Below the pieces are notes generated by a model, which was not told the DNA's origin, ran no database searches, and worked only from the letters and a program-made list of their open reading frames with translations. DNA of 64,000 nt from Takakia lepidozioides (taxonomy: Eukaryota; Plantae; Bryophyta), in the NCBI GenBank assembly GCA_030704615.1, contig CM060732.1:8432001-8496000 (forward strand), in the 5' to 3' direction. Shown piece after piece: positions 13,482-25,831 of the stretch; the stretch's first letter is position 1, and every line of letters begins with the position of its first letter. The position numbers and the translations under genes are program-made.

Positions 13482-14198
13482 TGTCGTGCGCATACATATC
13501 GCTACACAACTACATCGCTGTCCAAAACCACACAACACATGTGCACACCAAACACTAGTTTATCACTAGTGCATCACTAGTGCACCACTAGGCTGCCACT
13601 AGACAACCGCTAGTCACCACTAGTGCAGCCTCTAGTCCACCACTAGGTTGTCACTAGTCCATCACAATGATAAAGAAAGGAATGATACAAGCACACAAGC
13701 TCTCTCAAACTCACATGCTTGCACATGAAAACATCACTCATATATTAAGTCGAGCCAAGTGCACCCCACGCCATGGGGAATCCACACTACGACGCCATAG
13801 CTAGACGCGGTGAGGCTCAACTCGAGAAAAATGAGCCCACCGCGATCTGCCGTGAAGATAATAATGTCAGGTGCCCAAACATATATTGGCCCCTAGATTG
13901 ACACTTGGGTCAATCCCAAATGTCAATATATAGAAGCTAGCTATTTCCTAGCTAACTTCACACTAGTGGTAAAATAACTTGACAGCTGTCGCGCGCATAC
14001 ATATCGCTACACAACTACATCGCTGTCCAAAACCACACAACACATGTGCACACCAAACACTAGTCTATCACTAGTGCACCACTAGTGCACCACTAGGCTT
14101 CCACTAGACAACCGCTAGTCACCACTAGTGCAGCCACTAGTCCAACGCCACTAGCCACCACTAGTGCAGCCACTAGTCCATCACAATCGCCCCCCTAG
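13482..14198 (-). repeat. 3' terminal repeat region of PHD-gypsy copy A (PPT + A-B-A modules)
   Basis: Minus strand: PPT-like AGGGGGGCGAT, then A (14185-13987; TGTGATGG...CGACA, CTAGTG-rich), B (13984-13668) and A again (13666-13482). Confidence 0.75.
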
Positions 14199-14448
14199 CT
14201 GGCGCTTAGGTCCCTCTAAGTCCAGGTAGCCACAAGATGTGATAGTGGCCATAGCCTCACTAAGTCCTCCACCACTGTCCCTACTACACTCAAACTCGAT
14301 AGATCAAGAGGCCGGGTACAAGAGTTGCCCCATCTTTAGTCGTCGTCTTGCAACCTGTGAACTTGAGCCTGAGATCTTGGGTATTGACTCCTGTGAGCTT
14401 GGCCTCCCATATCTTGTTAGCTGCCACTAGTCATATCCACTACCACTA

Positions 14449-15867
14449 TCCCAAGCAGTGTGGACATAACCAATCTCCATCAGGAACCCTATCAAGAGGT
14501 GGTGTCAAGCATCCCATGTGCCAACCTCTTGAGCATCAATCACACACCAGCATAGTGGCGGCACCACGAGCATGCCCACATAGGATGCAACGCAATCCTC
14601 CAGGTACCACTGCAAGGTTGGGATCTATCATCCCATCCACATGTGGAAGGTGACATGGCGCACAATTACGCACATGGTCCTTCCATACCATGCCATCTCG
14701 ACCCTCCAGAATCAACAATCCAAAAGGCAACACCTCCCTGACCCTTAGAATCACACGTCCTGCTGTGACATCCAAGGTCGTAGGCGCTGTCTGCTGTAGA
14801 TACACATAGTCCCCAGGGTGGAAACGCCAAACACCTGGCCGATATCCCCCTCCACGTATAGTGGCATACCTCAATGTGTCTCGGTGTTGGGCAATAGCAA
14901 GATTCTCAAAAGCCATAGGCATGACTCTCTTGAACAACTCTACCCACTGGGCACATGCTTGTGTCCACACATCCGGATCATCAAGGTTGAGGACTACTGC
15001 AGCCTCCGTGTGAATAGATGCATGCAAATCCGGCTCTCGGCCAAAGAAAAGTAAATATGGTGAGAAGGAGGCAAGTGATGCTTGCTTGCTAAACCTGTAG
15101 CCCATAGCTAACCAAGGTACCTGAAGATCCCAATCTCCTAGGTGTCCCTTTTGCAAGCCATACTTGCGCAAACCCCTCTTCACTGTCTGAACCACTCTCT
15201 CTGCCAAGCCATCGGCCTCAGGACGATCCCGAGAAGTGGTACGGTGGTCTATCAAGGCTTTATCACACAAAGCCTGAAACTCCCCCAAGAACTCTCTCCC
15301 TTGGTCCGTGAGTACCTCAGCTGGAGCACCGAATCGGCTAAGCACACGATCCAGGAATGCATACGCAGCCCTCTCACTAGCCTTGTCAGGCAATGGAATC
15401 AACTCAATCCACTTGGAGAAGTGCTCCACCATCACCAACCCATATCTGTGGTGGCGCATCGTCAGTGGCAACGACCATCAAAACTGAAAGCGCGCTTGGT
15501 TGCTCGTGGATTTCAACAGCGCGAAGGGGAGGACTTTGAGGAAACCTATGCCCCGGTTGTCAAGACTCCACATGTAGCCCAATCCCATGATGGATAAAGG
15601 ATGCAATTGGTAGGGGCGTTGAATGAAGCACGCACCTTGTCATACACCATGCACCTAGCCACAAACTGTTGCACCTCTGTGTGCATACCACGCCACCAAT
15701 ACTGCCCCTACAGTAAACTATGAGTGCGTCGCACTCCAAAATGCCCCAATTCCTCATGGGCATGCCGCACTAACCGTGCACGTTGTGTTGGGTGAGGCAC
15801 CATCCTCACCCGACCATCCTCCCACACTCGAAGCAGGTGTATCCCCTCCCACTTGAACCTCTTGGCT
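14449..15867 (-). mobile_element. Gypsy copy A: integrase (HHCC, DDE core) with C-terminal PHD finger, decayed
   Basis: HEELGHFG...CMVC; VEHFSKW, VLTDQGREF and GLAERVVQTVK; PHD CILC...VCD*CSRGWHMGCL...WLCPHC. Confidence 0.92.
15476..15565 (+). mobile_element. ~90-bp Ty1/copia RT fragment inserted antisense in the gypsy integrase
   Basis: Encodes KLKARLVARGFQQREGEDFEETYAPVVK, the canonical copia RT motif. Confidence 0.85.
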
Positions 15868-16105
15868 CCCTGGGGGGTGCACTCTTTATAAAATGTCCGT
15901 ATCACGTGCGTTCGCCGCCTAATAAAAAAACCCCATGTATACGGGTCCTTGGATCATTTATACCCCCTCTGTACATACATTTTGAAGATTATAAAACCCC
16001 CTCCTGTAAATATATAGAAATTTGTAATTTTTTAAAAATACCCCCTTCTGTATGTATATAAAATCTAATAAAAAAATTAAAAAAATTGTTTGCCCTCGAT
16101 AAAAC
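15868..16105 (-). mobile_element. Inverted right end of a P-like DNA transposon (related subfamily)
   Basis: CCCTGGGGGGTGCACTCTTTATAAAATGTCCGTATCACGTGCG... is the reverse complement of 19480-19670 and 57625-57813 over about 200 bp. It extends to sequence resembling the last transposase codons. Confidence 0.85.
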
Positions 16106-16471
16106 TTGTTGTGGAATCTCACTTTGAACAATAATCAGATGCCGAGAGGAAAGGGACATTGTCAATGCCCTATGTGCAAGAGGCCTGAAGAAAGTTTCTA
16201 TTTTCTGATATGCAGTCCTGGGTATTTCATCAGAGAGTGACCCTCTTGAAGACCAAGACCTAGTCACTGCACCTCTGTTCATCAACTAGGACAGTTTCTG
16301 AACTTGTTCTATAGTTTCAACCTTCGCAATGTCCAATTATGTTCAAAACCTACTGTTGAGAATTCCTCTCCAAAAAGAGATGTCGTGCGCCTTTGCTGCC
16401 ACTGTTGGAGTCCAACCTGACTCGCAGTTGACAGAGTTCAATACATTCAATTAGATGACAAGCATTTCATT

Positions 16472-17440
16472 TCACCAATACTCCCCACAAGAACAAACAC
16501 CATTTTGGAAGTGGTGAAAGCGGTTTGCATCCCGTACAACAATCTCTTGCTTAGCTATCTTTGAGATGAATTTGGTGGCTGTGTGGCAATCACCACACAT
16601 CCGAAGATTCTTGATGATCCCCAAAGACATCCCCAGAGGGTGTGTTGATAAGCCCAAAAACAATGGCCAGCTTCTCATTGTGGTGGCAAAGAGACGATTC
16701 TTTAAGCTCTTCCTCAACATCATGCAATGCAAAGTGGGGGCTTCACCCCTTTGCACATCATTTGCTCATAGGTCTCCAAAGCCTCCATCCCGCACCCTTG
16801 CTGTGCGTATCCTGCAATCATCGCACTCCACAACAGCACATCTCGTTCAGCCATACCGTCGAACACTCCCTTCATACATGTGTGTTCAGAATGACATTAT
16901 ATACAATTGCAGATCTAACAATGTCGCCATGGACCTCTTTGCCCTTTTCCAAAGCTGACAGACTTACACACGCATTGCAAATGTACACAAACGTGATGTG
17001 GCCGGGCTTCACCCCTTCCCCCATCATTTGATCATAGGTCTCCAAAGCCTCCATACCACGTCCCTGCTGTGCATACCCTGCAAGCATCGCACTCCACGAC
17101 ACCACATCTCGTTCAGCCATGGAAACTCCCTTCGCATCATTAATGCACCCACATTTGGCATACAAGTCCACCAGGGGAGTGTTCAGAATGACATCTGGTA
17201 CAATTCCAGCTTTGACAATGTCACCATGGACCTCTTTCCCCTTTTCCAGAGCTCCCAGGCTTGCACACGCATTGCATCCTGCTAACATTATATTCCACGT
17301 GATCAAAGATCGTTGAGGCATTCTGTTGAACACTTGATGAGCATCAATGATGCTCCCGCACATAACATACATGTTGACAAGGGTGTTGAGAAGAAAAACA
17401 TTTGACGTGAATCCACTTTGGATGATGTGAGTATGCACCT
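16472..17440 (-). pseudogene. PLS-class PPR protein fragment with DYW (EYW) deaminase domain
   Basis: PPR repeats (LVNMYVMCGSI, DVVSWSAMLAGY, GKEVHGDIV); [11 protein letters not shown]; [10 protein letters not shown]...[16 protein letters not shown]. Internal deletions and frameshifts. Confidence 0.92.
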
Positions 17441-17559
17441 GTTTTCCAACTTCCAGACCAGTGTTGGACTGGTATCAAGTTTTTTACATACCAGACTGGT
17501 CCTGGTACCAGGCATATCACAAAACTTTCATACCAGTCTGGTCTCTATAATGGTGGAGG

Positions 17560-19670
17560 TTGTTTACAGGTCGAGTGTGCAACGGGGGAGATATATACGG
17601 ACTCCATGATTAGGACTTCATCCACAATGGGAAAAAATTGGTAAATCCCTTGGACAGTGCATCACGGACTTTGGTGTTGGGTGATGAGGTTGCTACATTG
17701 AATCATGTGTTATTGGTCTACCATTCATTTTCAGTGGACAAGCATGGACTTCGGGAATGTGATATCAAAAGAGAAGATCGACAGAATTGGGTAGCACCTC
17801 AACGACTGGCATCTCGGAAGGTGCAAGCTTGTTTGAGGGAGTTACAATCAACTGTGAATCATCAAAGAGAGAAGACCAAAGGTACTGAAATTTACCTATA
17901 CATCATTTCATGCTACATCGACATTTTTTTGTCTCCTCACATGTCATTGTGTGAGAGGGTACAATCTGCTGCGAAGGTATCATTTTTTTTCAGATTGTGG
18001 AAGTTGTGGCTATTCCAGCACGAGGTGTATAATCTGAAATCCTTCTTCATTAGCAGGGAAGCATACTTGGATTTACAAATTTCATGCCACTACGTGGTTC
18101 TACTTATCAAATTGTTCAAGGATAAATTTAATCATGTGCAAGTTCCTTTGAGCCTTGTTGGTTCAGTGAAATATTCTTCAGCAAAGTGGGAGGTATGTCA
18201 CGGAATGAGAGGACATATGACGGGTGTGATTTGATTGAGAGTACGGGAGCATTAACACGCATATCCGAGTTCGAGGCGAATCCAAAAGGACCCAAGTTCT
18301 CAAGAGCTCACAAGAAACAAGAACGCATATGGTCTTCTTTGGAGAAGAAGCCAGGTATCCCCCTTGCTGATTTGTCCGACTTTTCTACTGTCCAATCGGA
18401 TGATTGCATTGTGGAGGCTTTGAAAACTGGATTTCTAGAAGCGCAACTTTTATGCCATAAACTTGGGATGAAACCAAACAAAACAACAAACTTGGATTGG
18501 TGGAATGAGCCATGGACAATTGAGAGACAAATGGAGGTCGAGCTATTCAAAAGCATGGAAGAGGAGGGTGATGATGTCAATGCCATAGATTCTATTTGTC
18601 CTCTTAATGCAGACACACATATTCAAAATGAGGTCGTGGAAGATGAATTGGTGTGCGGGCCTTCGAATTCAATGGAGGATGTTTTGAGCCAACCTTTGGA
18701 TGATCATGCGGAAGAGGTACTTGCTCAAAGTGAATTGAGACATACTCTGGATGTTGTCATTGATGAGTTTGAACAAGAGAAAGATGGATTGAAGACAGTG
18801 GTTCCATTTGTCAAAGTAGACGGGAAGACCATATTCAAAAGCACTTTGGTTAGCCAACTCAATGGCAACCCTACTCTATCCAAGGATAGATTGACACGAG
18901 TAAGAAGTGCATCGATGTTGTTTTGCCGAGAAAACAAACCAACTACCAGCAACAAAGCCACGAGCTTGGGATTGGGTTCGGATTGTGCTGTATTTTTTGT
19001 TGATGGGGAGACTGCGATCCAAACTACAAACAGGAAAGGTAGACCAGGGAAAACCTGCAGAGGAGCATCCAAAGGCACTTGGTATTTGGGCAGGGTTCAA
19101 AGAATGCGGAAGAAAATCAATAAGCGGTTTGTAGAATGTAGGGATTCTGTTGATTTATTGGAGCATCCTTCTCATATGGAGATTGGGTTAGCATGGTACC
19201 AAAAAATTCGAGGAGGGGTCTATACGTACGATTTGACGGATAACATGATGGTTGATTTGGATTCCATTATCGCGTTAGCATGTTTAAAGTACAATGTCAA
19301 GTCAAACACATATGTTCTTGATGCAAATGACTGAAAAATCTTCGACAACTTTATCAAAGGCAAATAATTTTTTAATTAATTTGTTAGATTTTATTATGTT
19401 TTAAATGAATAAATTCGATATAATATAAAAACATACATATACATATTGGAGGGTTATTTTTAATGATGAAAAATGAGAATATACATACAGAAGGGGGTAC
19501 TTCTCGAAAATTGTAAATTTTTGTATATTTACAGGAGGGGATTTTATAATCTTTAAAAAGTATGTACAGAGGGGGTATAAATTATCCAAGGACCCGTATA
19601 CAGGGGTTTTTTTTTATTAGGCGACGAACGCACGTGATACGCACAGTTTATAATGAGTGCACCCCCCGGG
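17560..19670 (+). mobile_element. 5'-truncated copy of the P-like transposon (3' half of transposase + right end)
   Basis: Near-identical to 55728-57813. Retains D*DFIHNGKK (TAG in frame), has a 7-bp deletion at about 18166, and ends GTGCACCCCCCGGG. Confidence 0.92.
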
Positions 19671-22287
19671 CATGTGAGACATCCCACAGTTAGGGCATAT
19701 TTTGACCCACACCTTGGCTCACTCTACAGACCCGTGATAAAAGCCGTGGAATGTGTCAGGTGTGAGATGGCAGAGCCGTGGAAAAAGCCGGTTTCTCTTC
19801 TAGTGTCTGGAAAGGACACGGCTCCATATCCGCCTCTGTGAGGCCCAAGCCTGCAATAGCAGCTTTGCCAAGCATCAGTGGCTGAGCTCCCGAGTCCAAC
19901 AAGACTCGCAGTGGCCGGTAGCTCTTGCCAGCCGGTCCACTCAAACAGAAAATGTCACCCTGGTTGTCTAACATGACAACTCCAGATGTCATATGGCGCG
20001 TTCAATGGCTGGCCTAGCTGGCAGCTCCGCCAACCTGGCAGCTGCAGCTTGCCATGGCACCGCCGTGGCAGTCTTGACCCTCAAATCCGAGGCTCCCTCT
20101 GGCACTACACCTCCCATTATCTCCGCAGGAGATGAAGTAACCTCCCCACTCTCACAGAGTATAGCTGCCAGCCTAAACACTTCAGCTGGTCTTACTCCCG
20201 GCGTTACAATCATGGTAGCCGAGAACAATGGAGCCTGACACACAGATGTGACCGCCCCAAGTAGCCGTAGCCTTGGCAGCACTAGGTAGTGGTTTTGCCC
20301 GTGTAGCTCGCCCTAATGGCACAGTAACCTCCGCCTCGGTAGCAGTCGGGCAAGAACTAGGTGCCATGGATGGCGTTGACACTGTCTCCGCCAATGTGAA
20401 TGACTGAGGAAGCCTAGCCTCACGACTTGCCTCCCCTCGTTGTGGATCCAACTCCACCTCTGCACCTCATGGCTCAGGAATTTGTGCTGCTCCTCGAGTC
20501 ACGGCAGCAGCAGACTTCACCTGCACTAGTGGTAGTGCTGCCCCGCACATAGTGGTAGTGGTAGTGGTAGTGCTCCCCTACACTAGTGGTAGTGGTGCCC
20601 CACCCATAGCGGTAGTGGTAGTGGCACCCCTCACTAGTGGTAGTGGTGCCCCACACATAGTGGTAGTGGTGCCCCTCATTAGTAGTAGTGCTGCCCCGCA
20701 CATAAATCCCATGCCTCCCATATCTCCTCCCTCAGGAGCAGGAGGTGGACCATCCGGCCTGGGAGCTGGTACCACATGAGTTGTGGCCATGGCAGCAAGC
20801 CTCTGCTCTAGCTGTTGAAGCCGGTTGGCCATGCCTTGGTCAATAGCCTGACCTCCATGTCATTGGCCATGCTGAGCTTGCCCTTGGCCTGCACCTCGTG
20901 CGTGACCACCTCGTCCTCTTTGAGCTACTCCATTTCGCCCCCGGCCACCATTGTTCCGTTGGAACTGGCTTGGCCGCAACTCAGGATGCAAGTTATAGCA
21001 TTGGCCATTGCCCACACTTGCCACAATGCCCACACTGCAACTGTGTAGGCTGTGCCTGTGCTGGCCATTTGTCTCCCTCTGGGCAATCCTTCTTGACATG
21101 GGGTCCTCCACATGTCCAACATACCACATCCGTCCGTTGTTTGGCCTGCAAATGAAGGGAGAGACCCCTGCATCTGAGGTCCTCTCTGTCCTTCCCTGGG
21201 CTTCACCTGAGCCCCCTTGTTGCCTTGAGCACGTTGGGGTAGTGGCTGGCTAGGAGCACCACTACCCCGTGGTGTCTCCTTAGCAAATCCCACCATGACC
21301 ACTTGTTCCTCCACCAAGTTGAGCTCTATCCGCTCTGCCAGCAAAAACACATTTGCTAAGGTGGGTTGGGCCGCTTGTAGGAGAGTTGCATCCCGCACCC
21401 TTCTCCTCAGCTCCTTGTCCAATATCCCATACTAGAATTGGACTACCTGAGCCTCCGTAACCCCTTGGGTTGCATTTATTAAGCGCCTCATATGAGTGAA
21501 AACCTCCCTCAAGCTCTCAGTAGGCTTCCGTTGGAAGTCTTGCAAGCTCCTCAACTTCTCTGTCCTCACCCCTTCGTAGTTCCTTCTCAACTCTTCAAAA
21601 AACTCCACAACTGGGTTGAAGGCAGGAACGAGTATGGTGCTAATGCAACAGTAGCTTGGGTGGACGTCCCAGCCTTTGTACCACTAGTCCCACTACTGCT
21701 TGTGGAAGCTGCCGGTGTGGCTGCTGCATTTGTCCCTCTAGTGCCTCTAGTGATGGAAACATAGTTGGGTGACCAGTACATCCTCCACTCCTCGATCTCA
21801 ACATCTTGCCCCCGCCTAAACTCATGGTAATCATCCATGGGCGGCCCCTCAAGGTGCTGAAACAGCCCATTCCATGCCATGAAAGGCGTAAACAATTGTG
21901 GATTGCGCATTTGCTGCAAGTCATACCAACTATCAAACTCTTGGATAAAGTCATCCAACTCGATGGTGCCACAACCCCAAAGTACCTTCGTGGCCTCTTG
22001 GTAGCTCCATACATCTCCTCCATTATGTCCCACAACAATGGCAAGGAAGTAACTTGTACTGTTGGCGTGAACCGTCCTGATTCAGAGTCGGAATCAGAAC
22101 CTTCATTGGAAGACACAGGAGGTGAAGGTGGCCTAAACCGCACACCTCGTCTTGTGTACCCACTAGTGTCGCTAGTGCTTGTACCGGCACTTTCCCGAGC
22201 AACTCGTGGCACCTCCTTATCAAGAGAGGAGGAGAGTGCAGGGATTGCACCAGAACCACCTCAGTTGTCACCATTGGATACCACACC
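19671..22287 (-). mobile_element. gag: Gypsy gag and aspartic protease, decayed (probably the 5' part of copy A)
   Basis: ELDDFIQEFDSW and MDKELRRRVRD...LAERIE (gag); Zn-knuckle-like CWTCGGPHVKKDC; RVLLDSGAQPLMLG (protease). A TGGTATCC PBS-like start lies at about 22276-22283. Confidence 0.8.
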
Positions 22288-22289
22288 GA

Positions 22290-23270
22290 TTGTGTGGCAG
22301 TATCCGGATGAAGGCATTTGCCTTCTGGACTTGTTTGGCGGGATCAGCACCGGATTGGCTGTTGTGCTACAGGAAGGTGTACGAGTTCGGCGTTACCTAT
22401 GTGTGAAGAGGGATGAGACTTCACAATTTGCCATGTTTCTCAGTTGGTGCAACAGTACCCTGAGTTGTTGCCGGTGTCTGCAGTTCATAGATACCAGCAG
22501 GCCTTCCCAGCAGACATTTCATTGTTGGGGGCGCACGATTTGGAGCGGGTTGGCTCCATTGATTTGGTAGTGACAGGTTGGCCCTGCCAAGGGCATTCAT
22601 GAGCCGGGCATGGCAATGGATTGCGAGACTCGAAGTTGGGTCTATTTTGGGAGATGGTGCGGGTTTTACGCCACTTATAGCTTCATCAAGCTGTATCTCC
22701 AGCATACATCTTGGAGAATGTGCCACTGTTGGGCGATTCTCGGGCCAGGGTGATGGCCAGTGTGTATCAAGTCCGGTCGTGGCTTGGGTCAGCAGTGTTG
22801 CTGGATGTAGCTGCAGTGGGGTCACAGGCTCATCGTCCACGGTTATGGTGGACTAACTTGATGCCACCTGCACTGCTCAAGCGTGCATTTGATGGGGTGC
22901 AGCGGCCAGCACATCTCACAATGGATAGCATTTTGGACACAAGGAGGCAGTCTCAGCATGTGAGACACGATGACCGTTCGCCTTTGGCAGTGGTCAACAA
23001 GGTGGGTCAACCACGAGCAGCACTACCTATACTGCTCAGCTTTCCTGGATCATATGCTTTTCGGGATAGTGGACTTGGCCTCTTGATGGATGCTCAGTTG
23101 CTGCAGTTAGTAGGGCCTAATGCCGATGAGCGCGAGCGGGCTATGGGTTTTTCCACTGGGACCACGGCGGTGCCTTCTCTTTCTGAGGCATCACATCGTC
23201 AGGTGTTGGGACAAGCGATGGATCTCAATTGCTTGACTTGGATTATCAGCTTGGCTATGGCTGAGCAGCC
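22290..23270 (+). pseudogene. Retrotransposon-encoded C5-cytosine DNA methyltransferase domain (DNMT3-like), decayed
   Basis: Motifs in canonical order: I LLDLFGGISTG; IV IDLVVTGWPCQGHS (22558-22610); VI ILENVP; VIII LDVAAVGSQAHRPRLWWTN; IX ERERAMGF; X RQVLGQAM. One frameshift and in-frame stops. Confidence 0.92.
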
Positions 23271-24940
23271 CACAATGCGGAGTACACTTCCCTCAATAAT
23301 CTCTCTACCTACCGAGACAATACAGGCAGTGAGTGGGGACGAGCAGGTGAGGACCACTAGGTGCAGACATCCATGGCACATGTGGGAGGTGCTCAAGGTT
23401 CAGAGGGAGTTGGCAGCCAAGGTGACGGTGATGGATGAGGTTGGGGATTCTCCTCGGGTTGAGGAGGTCCTCAAGGATGAGATGATAGGGCAGGATGAGG
23501 CTTTGTCACTGACTGAGCAGGCAGGGAACACTGCTCAAGAGGTTGCGGCATAGCAACCACGGAACGCGTCTCTTACCTCTAAGTCTGCTGGACTTAAGAT
23601 TGCAGTTAAGGAGGACAATTGGGAGCCTGATATTGGACCCATTGTCACTGGAGAAGAGAGACGATGTATACGGCGGTTCCTGAGGGCTTACAGGAATTGT
23701 TTTGCCTTCAGTTTGAAGGACTTGGGAGCACTGAAGGGTCAGGAAATTTGTATTGAGTTGGCTAATAACACGCCAATCTTTCGGAGACCCTATAGATACA
23801 GTGACATGGAGAGGTCTTTGATTCAGATGAGGACTCAAGATCTATGGGAGGCTGGTTTGGTGGAGCTCTCTGGTGGAGAGTATGCTTCAGCCACAGTGAT
23901 GCCAGCCAAAAAGGATATCTATGGCAATTGGACGGAGAGACGTATGTGTGGTGATTACTGGCCTGTAAATCGTCAGACCAAGTCTAATAAGTATGCCATG
24001 CCCACATTAAGGAGATCTTTGATGCCATTGGGCATGCCAAGGTCTTTAGCACTTTGGACTTGCGGTCTTGGACTTTGGACTTTGCGGTCTTTAGCACTTT
24101 GGACTTTGATGGATTGAGTCGCAATCCATGCACGAGCCAGCAGGATGTCACTAAAGCTCGGTGGCATGGTGAAACGGATGAGGAGATGGTGCCCAGATGG
24201 CATGCATTTGCCTTTTTGTGTATCTTGGCATCGGGAGGTCAGGTTGGACCTACAACAGGGATGACTTTAGACTGAGTGTCTGAGGACCCTGAGGCTAGTG
24301 ATGAGCCAGGTGGTGCCAGAGATATACATGAGGATTCGGCTGTGTTGGACTACCTTCACATGGGAGACACGGCAGCCACTATGACTGCCAGGGAGAGGGA
24401 TTGGATCCTACAACAAGCCAAGAGGTTCAAGTGGGAAGGGATACACCTGCTCCGAGTGTGGAAGGATGGTCAGGTGAGGATTGTGCCTCACCCCCACACA
24501 GCGTGCACAGTTAGTGCGGCATGCCCATGAGGAGTTGGGGGCATTTTGGAGTGCGACGCACTCACAGTCTACTGTAGGGGCAGTATTGGTGGCGTGGTAT
24601 GCACAGAGAGGTGCAACAGTTCGTGGCTAGGTGCATGGTGTGTGACAGGGTGCGTGCTTCATTCAACGCCCCTACACCACAGTTGCATCATTTACCCATC
24701 ATGGGATTGGGCTACAGGTGGAGTCTTGACTTCGCAGGGCCGTTGCCACTGACGATACGCCACCACAGATATATGTTGGTGATGGTGGAGCAATTCTACA
24801 AGTGGATTGAGTTGGTTTTGTTGCCTGACAAGGCTAGTGAGAGGGCAACGTATGCATTATTGGATCGTGTGCTTAGCCGATTCGGTGCTCCAGCTGAGGT
24901 ACTCACGAACCAAAGGAGAGAGTTCTTGGGGGAGTTTCAG

Positions 24941-25315
24941 TGTCGCGGCCCTTTGCCTTGAGGGCAGGGGGTCGGGACACAAGAGGGGCTGCCCCTGTGG
25001 TGGGGGCAGTGGCAACAATGGGTACGGGGGCCGAAGCACCCTTGAGTGAGGCACTCAAAGAGGCGGAGGCACTCACTAGGTGGAGCCCCGCACACCGGGT
25101 TGCGGTGGGGGTGGTTCCACGAGGGGTGGTGGTAGCTTAGTGGGTCATAGTGGGGGTGGCATATTACTCACCATGGGGCGTAAACCTTGTGGTGGGAGTC
25201 GTGGGGAGTCTTGGGACTCACCACGGCCCAATGGGGCCGTGGTGGGTAGGCCAAGACTCACCGGGAGTCGAGGCTATGACTTGAAGGGGAGCTTACCGAA
25301 GTGAGGTGCGCGACA
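24941..25315. mobile_element. Solo LTR (375 bp)
   Basis: TGTCGCG...CGCGACA termini; perfect 5-bp TSD TTCAG (24936-24940 / 25316-25320). The integrase text resumes after removal. Confidence 0.92.
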
Positions 25316-25831
25316 TTCAGGATTTGTGTGAGAAAGCCTTGATAGACCACCATACCACTTCTCATGATCATCCCGATGGCTTGGCAGAGAGAGTTGTGCA
25401 AACGGTGAAGAGGGGTTTGCGCAAGTAAGATTTGCAGAAGAAACACCTAGAAGATTGGGATATTCAGGTACCTTGATTAGCCATGGGCTACAGGTTCAGC
25501 AAGCAAGCATCACCTACCTCCTTCTCACCATATTTCCTTCTCTTTGGCCGAGAGCCGGATTTGCCTGCAGCCATTCGTAGGGACACTGCTCGAGTCCTTA
25601 ACCTTGACAATCCGGTCGTGTGGGTACGTGCATGTGATCAGCGTGCAGAGTTGTTCAAGAAAGTCATGCCTATGGCTTTTGAGAACCTTGCCATTGCACA
25701 ACACCGTGATACGTTGAGGTATGCTACTATACGTGGTGGAGGATATCGTCATAGGGTTCAGAGGTTCCACCCTGGGGACTATGTTTATTTGCAGCAGACT
25801 GCTCCTATGACCCTGGATGTCACTGCAGAGC

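Noticed and set aside
15860-19680. Single intact TIR element with TSD
   Set aside because: Flanks (CTTGGCT / CATGTGAG) show no duplication, and both ends are right-end type.
20474-20779. His/Tyr/Thr- or Val-rich ORFs
   Set aside because: Translations of a GTAGTG low-complexity expansion within gag.
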